The position numbers and the translations under genes are program-made. Positions 40,501 to 55,600 of a DNA stretch of 64,000 nucleotides are shown here, in pieces; the first letter of the stretch is position 1; each line of letters begins with the position of its first letter. The stretch spans positions 27,094,001-27,158,000 of the forward strand of contig CM060734.1 in the NCBI GenBank assembly GCA_030704615.1, read 5' to 3'. The notes below the pieces were generated by a model. The model was not told the origin of the DNA. It ran no database searches and saw only the letters and a program-made list of their open reading frames with translations. This DNA is from Takakia lepidozioides. Lineage: Eukaryota; Plantae; Bryophyta.

Positions 40501-43500
40501 CATCAAAAATTCATTTGAACATCGAACGATGGGTTCACCCTTTGAATCAATTTCGATTGACCTGATACTCCACACGTACCTCTGACAAGGTATGTCCAAC
40601 ACACTCGCAATGTTGAAAGCAATCAAAAATCATTTCAACATCGAACGATGGGTTCACCCTTTCAATCAATTTGATTGACTTCATACTTGAGAGGAGCATG
40701 TGACAAGGTATGTCCAACACACTCGCAAAGATTGAAAGCAATCAAAAATTCATTTGAACATCGAACGATGGGTTCACCCTTTCAATCAATTTTGATTGAC
40801 TTCATACTTGAGAGGAGCATGTGACAAGGTATGTCCAACACACTCGCAAAGATTGAAAGCAATCAAAAATTCATTTGAACATCGAACGATGGGTTCACCC
40901 TTTGAATCAATTTCGATTGACTGATACTCCACACTACCTCTGACAAGGTATGTCCAACACACTCGCAATGTTTGAAAGCAATCAAAATCATTTGAACATC
41001 GAACGATGGGTTCACCCTTTCAATCAATTTCGATTGACTTCATACTTGACACGACCTCTGACAAGGTATGTCCAACACACTCGCAAAGATTGAAAGCAAT
41101 CAAAAATCATTTGAACATCGAACGATGGGTTCACCCTTGAATCAATTTCGATTGACCTGATACTCGACACGTACCTCTGACAAGGTATGTCCAACACACT
41201 CGCAATGTTTGAAAGCAATCAAAGATCATTTGAACATCGAACGATGGGTTCACCCTTTCAATCAATTTTGATTGACTTCATACTTGAGAGGAGCATGTGA
41301 CAAGGTATGTCCAACACACTCGCAAAGATTGAAAGCAATCAAAAATTCATTTGAACATCGAACGATGGGTTCACCCTTTGAATCAATTTCGATTGACCTG
41401 ATACTCGACACGTACCTCTGACAAGGTATGTCCAACACACTCGCAATTTTGAAAGCAATCAAAAATCATTTGAACATCGAACGATGGGTTCACCCTTTCA
41501 ATCAATTTTGATTGACTTCATACTTGAGAGGAGCATGTGACAAGGTATGTCCAACACACTCGCAATGATTGAAAGCAATCAAAAATCATTTGAACATCGA
41601 ACGATGGGTTCACCCTTTGAATCAATTCGATTGACTTGATACTCGACACGTACCTCTGACAAGGTATGTCCAACACACTCGCAATGTTTGAAAGCAATCA
41701 AAAATCATTTGAACATCGAACGATGGTTCACCCTTTCAATCAATTTTGATTGACTTCATACTTGAGAGGAGCATGTGACAAGGTATGTCCAACACACTCG
41801 CAAAGTTTGAAAGCAATCAAAAATTCATTTGAACATCGAACGATGGGTTCACCCTTTCAATCATTTTGATTGACTTCATACTTGAGAGGCATGTGACAAG
41901 TATGTCCAACACACTCGCAAGATTGAAAGCAATCAAAAATTCATTTGAACATCGAACGATGGGTTCACCCTTGAATCAATTTCGATTGACCTGATACCAC
42001 ACGTACCTCTGACAAGGTATGTCCAACACACTCGCAATGTTTTAAAGCAATCAAAATCATTTGAACATCGAACGATGGTTCACCCTTTGAATCAATTTTG
42101 ATTGACTTCATACTCAACAGGAGCTGTTACAAGGTATGTCCAACACACTCGCAATGTTTGAAAGCATCAAAAATCATTTGAACATCGAACGATGGTTTCA
42201 CCCTTGAATCAATTTTGATTGACCTGATACTCCACACGTACCTCTGACAAGGTATGTCCAACACACTCGCAATGTTTGAAAGCAATCAAAGATCATTTGA
42301 ACATCGAACGATGGGTTCACCCTTTCAATCAATTTGATTGACTTCATACTTGAGAGGAGCATGTGACAAGGTATGTCCAACACACTCGCAAAGATTGAAA
42401 GCAATCAAAAATTCATTTGAACATCGAACGATGGGTTCCCCTTTGAATCAATTTCGATTGACGTGATACTCGACACGTACCTCTGACAAGGTATGTCCCA
42501 ACACACTCGCAATGTTTGAAAGCATCAAAAATCATTTGAACATCGAACGATGGGTTCACCCTTTCAATCATTTTGATTGACCTCATACTCGACACGTACC
42601 TGTGACAGGTATGTCCAACACACACGCAATGTTTGAAAGCAATCAAAAATTCATTTGAACATCGAACGATGGTTCACCCTTTCAATCAATTTCGATTGAC
42701 TTGATACTTGAGAGGAGCTCTGACAAGGTATGTCCAACACACTCGCAATGTTTGAAAGCAATCAAAAATCATTTGAACATCGAACGATGGGTTCACCCTT
42801 TCAATCAATTTTGATTGACTTCATACTTGAGAGGAGCTGTGACAAGGTATGTCCAACACACTCGCAATGATTGAAAGCAATCAAAAATCATTTGAACATC
42901 GAACGATGGGTTCACCCTTTCAATCAATTTATTGACCTCATACTTGAGAGAGCATGTGACAAGGTATGTCCAACACACTCGCAATATTGAAAGCAATCAA
43001 AAATTCATTTGAACATCGAACGATGGGTTCACCCTTTCAATCAATTTTGATTGACTTCATACTTGAGGAGCATGTGACAAGGTATGTCCAACACACTCGC
43101 AATGTTGAAAGCAATCAAAAATCATTTGAACATCGAACGATGGGTTCACCCTTTCAATCAATTTTGATTGACTTACTTGAGAGGAGCATGTGACAAGGTA
43201 TGTCCACACACTCGCAATGTTGAAAGCAATCAAGATCATTTGAACATCGAACGATGGTTCACCCTTTCAATCAATTTTGATTGACTTCATACTTGAGAGG
43301 AGCATGTGACAAGGTATGTCCAACACACTCGCAAGATTGAAAGCAATCAAAATTATTTGAACATCGAACGATGGGTTCACCCTTTGAATCAATTTCGATT
43401 GACGTGATACTCGACACGTACCTCTGACAAGGTATGTCCAACACCTCGCAATGTTTGAAAGCAATCAAAATCATTTGAACATCGAACGATGGGTTCACCT

Positions 43501-46500
43501 TTCAATCAATTTTGATTGACTTCATACTTGAGAGGAGCATGTGACAAGGTATGTCCAACACACTCGCAAAGATTGAAAGCAATCAAAATTCATTTGAACA
43601 TCGAACGATGGGTTTCACCCTTTCAATCAATTTCGATTGACCTGATACTCGACACGTACCTCTGACAAGGTATGTCCAACACACTCGCAATGTTTGAAAG
43701 CAATCAAAAATTCATTGAACATCGAACGATGGGTTCACCCTTTCATCAATTTTGATTGACTTCATACTTGAGAGGAGCTGTGACAGGTATGTCCAACACA
43801 CTCGCAAAGATTGAAAGCAATCAAAAATTTTTGAACATCGAACGATGGGTTCACCCTTTCAATCATTTTGATTGACTTCATACTTGACGAGCATGTGACA
43901 AGGTATGTCCAACACACTCGCCATGTTTGAAAGCATCAAAAATTCATTTGAACATCGAACGATGGGTTCACCCTTTGAATCAATTTCGATTGACCGGATA
44001 CTTGACACGTACCTCTTACAAGTATGTCCAACCACTCGCAATGTTTGAAAGCAATCAAAATCTTTGAACATCGACGATGGGTTCACCCTTTGAATCAATT
44101 TCGATTGACCTGATACTCCAGAGAGCATGTGACAAGGTATGTCCAACACACTCGCAAAGATTGAAAGCAATCAAAATTCATTTGAACATCGAACGATGGG
44201 TTCACCCTTTGAATCAATTTCGATTGACCTTCATACTCGACACGTACCTCTGTCAAGGTATGTCCAACACACTCGCAATGTTTGAAAGCAATCAAAAATC
44301 ATTTGAACATCGAACGATGGGTTCACCCTTTGAATCAATTTCGATTGACCTGATACTCCACACGTACCTGTGACAAGGTATGTCCAAACACTCAATGTTT
44401 GAAGATTGAAAGCAATCAAAAATCATTGAACATCGAACGATGGGTTCACCCTTTCAATCAATTTCGATTGACTTGATACTCGACACGTACCTTGACAAGG
44501 TATGTCCAACACACTCGCAATGTTGAAAGCAATCAAAAATCATTTGAACATCGAACGATGGGTTCACCCTTTCAATCAATTTTGATTGACTTCATACTTG
44601 AGAGGAGCATGTGACAAGGTATGTCCAACACACTCGCAAAGATTGAAAGCAATCAAAAATTCATTGAACATCGAACGATGGGTTCACCCTTTCAATCAAT
44701 TGATTGACTCATACTTGAAGGAGCTCTGTGACAAGGTATGTCCAACACACTCGCAAAGATTGAAAGCAATCAAAAATTCATTTGAACATCGAACGATGGG
44801 TTCACCCTTTCAATCAATTTTGATTGACTTCATACTGAGAGGAGCATGTGACAAGGTATGTCCAACACACTCGCAATGATTGAAAGCAATCAAAAATCAT
44901 TTGAACATCGAACGATGGGTTCACCCTTTCAATCAATTTTGATTGACTTCATACTTGAGAGTAGCTCTGACAAGGTATGTCCAACACACTCGCAATGTTT
45001 GAAAGCAATCAAAGATCATTTGAACATCGAACGATGGGTTCACCCTTTCAATCAATTTTGATTGACTTCATACTTGAGAGGAGCATGTGACAAGGTATGT
45101 CCAACACACTCGCAAAGATTGAAAGCAATCAAAAATTCATTTGAACATCGAACGATGGGTTCACCCTTTGAATCAATTTCGATTGACGTGATACTTGACA
45201 CGTACCTCTGACAAGGTATGTCCAACACACTCGCAATGTTTGAAAGCAATCAAAAATCATTTGAACATCGAACGATGGGTTCACCCTTTCAATCAATTTT
45301 GATTGACTTCATACTTGAGAGGAGCATGTGACAAGGTATGTCCAACACACTCGCAAAGATTGAAAGCAATCAAAAATTCATTTGAACATCGAACGATGGG
45401 TTCACCCTTTCAATCAATTTTGATTGACTGATACTCGAGAGGACCTGTGACAAGGTATGTCCAACACACTCGCAAGTTTGAAAGCAATCAAAAATTCATT
45501 TGAACATCGAACGATGGGTTCACCCTTTCAATCAATTTTGATTGACCTGATACTCCGACACGTACCTGTGACAAGGTATGTCCAACACACTCGCAATGAT
45601 TGAAAGCAATCAAAAAATCATTTGAACATCGAACGATGGGTTCACCCTTTCAATCAATTGATTGACTTCATACTTGAGAGGAGCATGTGACAAGGTATGT
45701 CCAACACACTCGCAATTTTGAAAGCAATCAAAAATCATTTGAACATCGAACGATGGGTTCACCCTTTCAATCAATTTGATTGACTTCATACTTGAGAGGA
45801 GCATGTGACAAGGTATGTCCAACACACTCGCAAAGATGAAAGCAATCAAAAATTCATTTGAACATCGAACGATGGGTTCACCTTTGAATCAATTTTGATT
45901 GACCTGATACTCGACACGTACCTCTGACAAGGTATGTCCAACACACTCGCAATGTTTGAAAGCAATCAAAAATCATTTGAACATCGAACGATGGGTTCAC
46001 CCTTTCAATCAATTTTGATTGACTTCATACTTGAGAGGAGCATGTGACAAGGTATGTCCAACACACTCGCAATGTTGAAAGCAATCAAAAATCATTTGAA
46101 CATCGAACGATGGGTTCACCCTTTCAATCAATTTTGATTGACTCATACTTGAGAGGAGCATGTGACAAGGTATGTCCAACACACTCGCAAGATTGAAAGC
46201 AATCAAAAATTCATTTGAACATCGAACGATGGGTTCACCCTTTGAATCAATTTCGATTGACCTGATACTCGACACGTACCTCTGACAAGGTATGTCCAAC
46301 ACACTCGCAATGTTTGAAAGCAATCAAAAATCATTTGAACATCGAACGATGGGTTCACCCTTTCAATCAATTTTGATTGACTTCATACTTGAGAGGAGCA
46401 TGTGACAAGGTATGTCCAACACACTCGCAAAGATTGAAAGCAATCAAAAATTCATTTGAACATCGAACGATGGGTTCACCCTTTGAATCAATTTGATTGA

Positions 46501-49500
46501 CTTGATACTTGACAGTACCTGTGACAAGGTATGTCCAACACACTCGCAATGTTTGAAAGCAATCAAAAATCATTTGAACATCGAACGATGGGTTCACCCT
46601 TTGAATCAATTTGATTGACTGATACTCCACACGTACCCTGACAAGGTATGTCCAACACACTCGCAATGTTGAAAGCAATCAAAGATTCATTTGAACATCG
46701 AACGATGGGTTCACCCTTTCAATCAATTTGATTGACTTCATACTTGAGAGGAGCATGTGACAAGGTATGTCCAACACACTCGCAAAGATTGAAAGCAATC
46801 AAAAATCATTTGAACATCGAACGATGGGTTCACCCTTTGAATCAATTTCGATTGACCTGATACTTGACACGTACCTCTGACAAGGTATGTCAACACACTC
46901 GCAATGTTTGAAAGCAATCAAAAATCATTTGAACATCGAACGATGGGTTCACCTTTGAATCAATTTCGATTGACTGATACTTGAGAGTACCTGTGACAAG
47001 GTATGTCCAACACACTCGCAAGATTGAAAGCAATCAAAAATCATTTGAACATCGAACGATGGGTTCACCCTTCAATCAATTTCGATTGACGTGATAACGA
47101 CACGTACCTCTGACAAGGTATGTCCAACACACTCGCAATGTTGAAAGCAATCAAAATCATTTGAACATCGAACGATGGGTTCACCCTTTCAATCAATTTG
47201 ATTGACTTCATACTTGAGAGGAGCATGTGACAAGGTATGTCCAACACACTCGCAAAGTTGAAAGCAATCAAAAATCATTTGAACATCGAACGATGGGTTC
47301 ACCCTTTCAATCAATTTTGATTGACTTCATACTTGAGAGGAGCATGTGACAAGGTATGTCCAACACACTCGCAAAGATTGAAAGCAATCAAAAATTCATT
47401 TGAACATCGAACGATGGGTTCACCCTTTCAATCAATTTTGATTGACTTCATACTGAGAGGAGCATGTGACAAGGTATGTCCAACACACTCGCAATGTTTG
47501 AAAGCAATCAAAAATCATTTGAACATCGAACGATGGGTTCACCCTTTCAATCAATTTTGATTGACTTCATACTTGAGAGAGCATGTGACAAGGTATGTCC
47601 AACACACTCGCAAAGATTGAAAGCAATCAAAAATTCATTTGAACATCGAACGATGGGTTCACCCTTTCAATCAATTTTGATTGACTTCATACTTGAGAGG
47701 ACATGTGACAAGGTATGTCCAACACACTCGCAAAGATTGAAAGCAATCAAAAATTCATTTGAACATCGAACGATGGGTTCACCCTTTGAATCAATTTTGA
47801 TTGACCTGATACTCGACACGTACCTCTGACAAGGTATGTCCAACACACTCGCAATGTTTGAAAGCAATCAAAAATCATTTGAACATCGAACGATGGGTTC
47901 ACCCTTTCAATCAATTTTGATTGACTTCATACTTGAGAGGAGCATGTGACAAGGTATGTCCAACACACTCGCAAAGATTGAAAGCAATCAAAATTCATTT
48001 GAACATCGAACGATGGGTTCACCCTTTGAATCAATTTCGATTGACGTGATACTCGACACGTACCTCTGACAAGGTATGTCCAACACACTCGCAATGTTTG
48101 AAAGCAATCAAAAATCATTTGAACATCGAACGATGGGTTCACCCTTTCAATCATTTTGATTGACTTCATACTTGAGAGGAGCATGTGACAAGGTATGTCC
48201 AACACACTCGCAAAGATGAAAGCAATCAAAAATCATTTGAACATCGAACGATGGGTTCACCCTTTCAATCAATTTGATTGACGTGATACTCGACACGTAC
48301 CTGTGACAAGGTATGTCCAACACACTCGCAATGTTTGAAAGCAATCAAAAATCATTTGAACATCGAACGATGGGTTCACCCTTTCAATCAATTTTGATTG
48401 ACTTCATACTTGAGAGGAGCATGTGACAAGGTATGTCCAACACACTCGCAAAGATTGAAAGCAATCAAAAATTCATTTGAACATCGAACGATGGGTTCAC
48501 CCTTTGAATCAATTTCGATTGACTTGATACTCGACACGTACCTTGACAAGGTATGTCCAACACACTCGCAAATGTTTGAAAGCAATCAAAAATCATTTGA
48601 ACATCGAACGATGGGTTCACCCTTTCAATCAATTTTGATTGACCTGATACTTGAGAGGACCTCTGACAAGGTATGTCCAACACACTCGCAATGTTTGAAA
48701 GCAATCAAAATCATTTGAACATCGAACGATGGGTTCACCCTTTCAATCAATTTTGATTGACTTCATACTTGAGAGGAGCATGTGACAAGGTATGTCCAAC
48801 ACACTCGCAAAGATTGAAAGCAATCAAAAATCATTTGAACATCGAACGATGGGTTCACCCTTTGAATCAATTCGATTGACGTGATACTCGACAGTACCTC
48901 TGACAAGGTATGTCCAACACACTCGCAATGTTTGAAAGCAATCAAAAATCATTTGAACATCGAACGATGGGTTCACCCTTTCAATCAATTTTGATTGACT
49001 TCATACTTGAGAGGAGCATGTGACAAGGTATGTCCAACACACTCGCAAAGATTGAAAGCAATCAAAAATTCATTTGAACATCGAACGATGGGTTCACCCT
49101 TTGAATCAATTTTGATTGACGTGATACTCACACACGTACCTCTGACAAGGTATGTCCAACACACTCGCAATGTTTGAAAGCAATCAAAAATCATTTGAAC
49201 ATCGAACGATGGGTTCACCTTTCAATCAATTTGATTGACTCATACTTGAGAGGAGCATGTGACAAGGTATGTCCAACACACTCGCAAAGATTGAAAGCAA
49301 TCAAAATCATTTGAACATCGAACGATGGGTTCACCCTTTCAATCAATTTTGATTGACTTCATACTTGACAGTACCTCTGACAAGGTATGTCCAACACACT
49401 CGCAAAGTTGAAAGCAATCAAAAATCATTTGAACATCGAATGGGTTCACCTTTGAATCAATTCGATTGACCTCATACTGACACGTACCTTGACAAGGTAT

Positions 49501-52499
49501 GTCCAACACACTCGCAAAGATTGAAAGCAATCAAAAATCATTTGAACATCGAACGATGGGTTCACCCTTTCAATCAATTTCGATTGACGTGATACTCGAC
49601 ACGTCATCTGACAAGGTATGTCCAACACACTCGCAATGTTTGAAAGCAATCAAAAATTCATTTGAACATCGAACGATGGGTTCACCCTTTCAATCAATTT
49701 TGATTGACTTCATACTTGAGAGGAGCATGTGACAAGGTATGTCCAACACACTCGCAATGTTTGAAAGCAATCAAAAATCATTTGAACATCGAACGATGGG
49801 TTCACCCTTTCAATCAATTTTGATTGACTTCATACTGAGAGGAGCATGTGACAAGTATGTCCAACACACTCGCAAAGATTGAAAGCAATCAAAAATTCAT
49901 TTGAACATCGAACGATGGGTTCACCCTTTGATCAATTTGATTGACCTCATACTCGACACGTACCTGTGACAAGGTATGTCCAACACACTCGCAATGTTTG
50001 AAAGCAATCAAAAATTCATTTGAACATCGAACGATGGGTTCACCCTTTCAATCAATTTGATTGACTTCATACTGAGAGGAGCATGTGACAAGGTATGTCC
50101 AACACACTCGCAAGATTGAAAGCAATCAAAAATTCATTTGAACATCGAACGATGGGTTCACCTTTCAATCAATTGATTGACTTCATACTGAGAGGAGCAT
50201 GTGACAAGGTATGTCCAACACACTCGCAATGTTGAAAGCAATCAAAAATCATTTGAACATCGAACGATGGGTTCACCCTTTCAATCAATTTGATTGACTT
50301 CATACTTGAGAGGAGCAGTGACAAGGGTGTCCAACACACTCGCAAAGATTGAAAGCAATCAAAAATTCATTTGAACATCGAACGATGGGTTCACCCTTTG
50401 AATCAATTTGATTGACCTGATACTCGACAGGTACCTCTGACAAGGTATGTCCAACACACTCGCAATGTTTGAAAGCAATCAAAATCATTTGAACATCGAA
50501 CGATGGGTTCACCCTTTCAATCAATTTGATTGACTTCATACTTGAGAGGAGCATGTGACAAGGTATGTCCAAACACACGCAAAGTTTGAAAGCAATCAAA
50601 ATTCATTGAACATCGAACGATGGGTTCACCCTTTCAATCATTTTGATTGACTGATAATTGAGACGAGCATGTGACAAGGTATGTCCAACACACTCGCAAA
50701 GATTGAAAGCAATCAAAAATCATTTGAACATCGAACGATGGGTTCACCCTTTCAATCAATTTTGATTGACTTCATACTTGAGAGGAGCATGTGACAAGGT
50801 ATGTCCAACACACTCGCAAAGATTGAAAGCAATCAAAAATTCATTTGAACATCGAACGATGGGTTCACCCTTGAATCAATTTCGATTGACCTGATACTCG
50901 ACACGTACCTCTGACAAGGTATGTCCAACACACTCGCAATGTTTGAAAGCAATCAAAAATCATTTGAACATCGAACGATGGGTTCACCCTTTCAATCAAT
51001 TTGATTGACTTCATACTTGAGAGGAGCATGTGACAAGGTATGTCCAACCACCGCATGTTGATTGAAAGCAATCAAAAATCATTTGAACATCGAACGATGG
51101 GTTCACCCTTTCAATCAATTTTGATTGACTTATACTTGAGAGGAGCATGTGACAAGGTATGTCCAACACACTCGCAAGATTGAAAGCAATCAAAAATTCA
51201 TTTGAACATCGAACGATGGGTCACCCTTTGAATCAATTTCGATTGACTTGATACTCGACACGTACCTGTGACAAGGTATGTCCAACACACTCGCAAAGTT
51301 TGAAAGCAATCAAAATTCATTTGAACATCGAACGATGGGTTCACCCTTTCAATCAATTTGATTGACCTCATACTTGAGAGGAGCATGGACAAGGTATGTC
51401 CAACACACTCGCAAAGATTGAAAGCAATCAAAAATTCATTGAACATCGAACGATGGGTTCACCCTTGAATCAATTCGATTGACTGATACTCGACACGTAC
51501 CTCTGACAAGTATGTCCAACACACTCGCAAAGTTGAAAGCAATCAAAATTCATTTGAACATCGAACGATGGGTTCACCCTTTGAATCAATTTTTGATTGA
51601 CTTGATACTTGACACGTACCTCTGACAAGGTATGTCCAACACTCGCAATTTTGAAAGCAATCAAAATCATTTGAACATCGAACGATGGGTTCACCTTTCA
51701 ATCAATTTTGATTGACTTCATACTTGAGAGGAGCATGTGACAAGGTATGTCCAACACACTCGCAAAGATTGAAAGCAATCAAAAATTCATTTTGAACATC
51801 GAACGATGGGTTCACCCTTTGAATCAATTTCGATTGACTGATACTGACACGTTACCTCTGACAAGGTATGTCCAACACACTCGCAATGTTGAAAGCAATC
51901 AAAGATCATTTGAACATCGAACGATGGGTTCACCCTTTCAATCAATTTTGATGACTTCATACTTGAGAGGAGCATGTGACAAGGTATGTCCAACACACTC
52001 GCAAAGATTGAAAGCAATCAAAAATTCATTTGAACATCGAACGATGGGTTCACCCTTGAATCAATTTCGATTGACCTGATACTCGACACGTACCTCTGAC
52101 AAGGTATGTCCAACACACTCGCAATGTTTGAAAGCAATCAAAAATCATTGAACATCGAACGATGGGTTCACCCTTTCAATCAATTTTGATTGACTTCATA
52201 CTTGAGAGGAGCATGTGACAAGGTATGTCCAAACACACTCGCAAAGATTGAAAGCAATCAAAAATTCATTTGAACATCGAACGATGGGTTCACCCTTTGA
52301 ATCAATTTCGATTGACGTGATACTCGACACGTACCTTGACAAGGTATGTCCAACACACTCGCAATGTTTGAAAGCAATCAAAAATCATTTGAACATCGAA
52401 CGATGGGTTCACCCTTTCAATCAATTTTGATTGACTTCATACTTGAGAGGAGCATGTGACAAGGTATGTCCAACACACTCGCAAAGATTGAAAGCAATC

Positions 52500-52600
52500 A
52501 AAAATTCATTTGAACATCGAACGATGGGGTCACCCTTTCAATCAATTTTTGATTGAGAGGAGCATGTGACAAGGTATGTCCAACACACTCGCAAGATTGA
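52500..52600 (-). repeat. Truncated A monomer with the same 12-bp deletion, in the reverse array
   Basis: ATTTTTGATTGAGAGGAGCATG at ~52545-52566 is the reverse complement of CATGCTCCTCTCAATCAAAAAT. Confidence 0.85.
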
Positions 52601-55600
52601 AAGCAATCAAAAATTCATTTGAACATCGAACGATGGGTTCACCTTTGAATCAATTTCGATTGACTGATACTGACAGGACCTCTGACAAGGTATGTCCAAC
52701 ACACTCGCAATGTTGAAAGCAATCAAAAATCATTTGAACATCGAACGATGGGTTCACCCTTTGAATCAATTTCGATTGACCTGATACTCCACACGTACCT
52801 CTGACAAGGTATGTCCAACACACTCGCAATGGATTGAAAGCAATCAAAGATCATTTGAACATCGAACGATGGGTTCACCCTTTCAATCAATTTTGATTGA
52901 CTTCATACTTGAGAGGAGCATGTGACAAGGTATGTCCAACACACTCGCAAAGATTGAAAGCAATCAAAAAATCATTTGAACATCGAACGATGGGTTCACC
53001 CTTTCAATTATTTTGATTGACTCATACTGACAGTAGCCTCTGACAAGGTATGTCCAACACACTCGCAAATGTTGAAAGCAATCAAAAATCATTTGAACAT
53101 CGAACGATGGGTTCACCCTTTCAATCAATTTTGATTGACTTCATACTTGAGAGGAGCATGTGACAAGGTATGTCCAACACACTCGCAAAGATTGAAAGCA
53201 ATCAAAAATTCATTTGAACATCGAACGATGGGTTCACCCTTGAATCAATTTCGATTGACTGATACTCGACACGTACCTCTGACAAGGTATGTCCAACACA
53301 CTCGCAATGTTTGAAAGCAATCAAAAATCATTTGAACATCGAACGATGGGTTCACCCTTTCAATCAATTTGATTGACTTCATACTTGAGAGGAGCATGTG
53401 ACAAGGTATGTCCAACACACTCGCAAAGATTGAAAGCAATCAAAAATTCATTTGAACATCGAACGATGGGTTCACCCTTTGAATCAATTTCGATTGACGT
53501 GATACTCACACGTACCTCTGACAAGGTATGTCCAACACACTCGCAATGTTTGAAAGCAATCAAAAATCATTTGAACATCGAACGATGGGTTCACCCTTTC
53601 AATCAATTTTGATTGACTTCATACTTGAGAGGAGCATGTGACAAGGTATGTCCAACACACTCGCAAAGATTGAAAGCAATCAAAATTCATTTGAACATCG
53701 AACGATGGGTTCACCCTTTCAATCAATTTTGATTGACTTCATACTTGAGAGGAGCATGTGACAAGGTATGTCCAACACACTCGCAAAGTTTGAAAGCAAT
53801 CAAAAATTCATTTGAACATCGAACGATGGGTTCACCCTTTGAATCAATTTCGATTGACTTGATACTTGACACGTACCTGTGACAAGGTATGTCCAACACA
53901 CTCGCAATGATTGAAAGCAATCAAAAATCATTTGAACATCGAACGATGGGTTCACCCTTTGAATCAATTTTGATTGACCTGATACTCCACACGTACCTCT
54001 GACAAGGTATGTCCAACACACTCGCAATGTTTGAAAGCAATCAAAAATCATTTGAACATCGAACGATGGGTTCACCCTTTCAATCAATTTTGATTGACTT
54101 CATACTTGAGAGGAGCATGTGACAAGGTATGTCCAACACACTCGCAAAGATTGAAAGCAATCAAAAATTCATTTGAACATCGAACGATGGGTTCACCCTT
54201 TGAATCAATTTCGATTGACTGATACTCGACACGTACCTGTGACAAGGTATGTCCAAACACTCGCAATGTTTGAAAGCAATCAAAAATCATTTGAACATCG
54301 AACGATGGGTTCACCTTTCAATCAATTTTGATTGACTTCATACTTGAGAGGAGCATGTGACAAGGTATGTCCAACACACTCGCAAAGATTGAAAGCAATC
54401 AAATTCATTTGAACATCGAACGATGGGTTCACCCTTTGAATCAATTTCGATTGACGTGATACTCGACACGTACCTCTGACAAGGTATGTCCAACACACTC
54501 GCAATGTTTGAAAGCAATCAAAAATCATTTGAACATCGAACGATGGGTTCACCCTTTCAATCAATTTTGATTGACTTCATACTTGAGAGGAGCATGTGAC
54601 AAGGTATGTCCACACACTCGCAAAGATTGAAAGCAATCAAAAATTCATTTGAACATCGAACGATGGGTTCACCTTTGAATCAATTTCGATTGACGTGATA
54701 CTCGACACGTACCTCTGACAAGGTATGTCCAACACACTCGCAATGTTTGAAAGCAATCAAAATCATTTGAACATCGAACGATGGGTTCACCCTTTCAATC
54801 AATTTTGATTGACTTCATACTTGAGAGGAGCATGTGACAAGGTATGTCCAACACACTCGCAAAGATTGAAAGCAATCAAAAATTCATTTGAACATCGAAC
54901 GATGGGTTCACCCTTTCAATCAATTTTGATTGACTTCATACTTGAGAGGTACATGTGACAAGGTATGTCCAACACACTCGCAAAGATGAAAGCAATCAAA
55001 AATTCTTGAACATCGAACGATGGGTTCACCCTTTCAATCAATTTTGATTGACTTGATACTTGACACGTACCTCTGACAAGGTATGTCCAACACACTCGCA
55101 ATGATTGAAAGCAATCAAAAATTCATTTGAACATCGAACGATGGGTTCACCCTTTGAATCAATTTCGATTGACCTGATACTGACACGTACCTCTGACAAG
55201 GTATGTCCAACACACTCGCAATGTTTGAAAGCAATCAAAAATCATTTGAACATCGAACGATGGGTTCACCCTTTCAATCAATTTGATTGACTTCATACTT
55301 GAGAGGAGCATGTGACAAGGTATGTCCAACACACTCGCAATGTTGAAAGCAATCAAAAATCATTTGAACATCGAACGATGGGTTCACCCTTTCAATCAAT
55401 TTGATTGACTGATACTTGAGAGTAGCATGTGACAAGGTATGTCCAACACACTCGCAATGTTTGAAAGCAATCAAAGATCATTTGAACATCGAACGATGGG
55501 TTCACCCTTTCAATCAATTTGATTGACTTCATACTTGAGAGGAGCATGTGACAAGGTATGTCCAACACACTCGCAAAGATTGAAAGCAATCAAAATTCAT

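Noticed and set aside
36085-44420. Small one-off oddities, e.g. AGCAATAATC at ~36095 and the fused ATGTTTGAAGATTGAAAG at ~44395
   Set aside because: They are non-recurrent and lie in noisy consensus, so they are indistinguishable from sequencing or polishing error.
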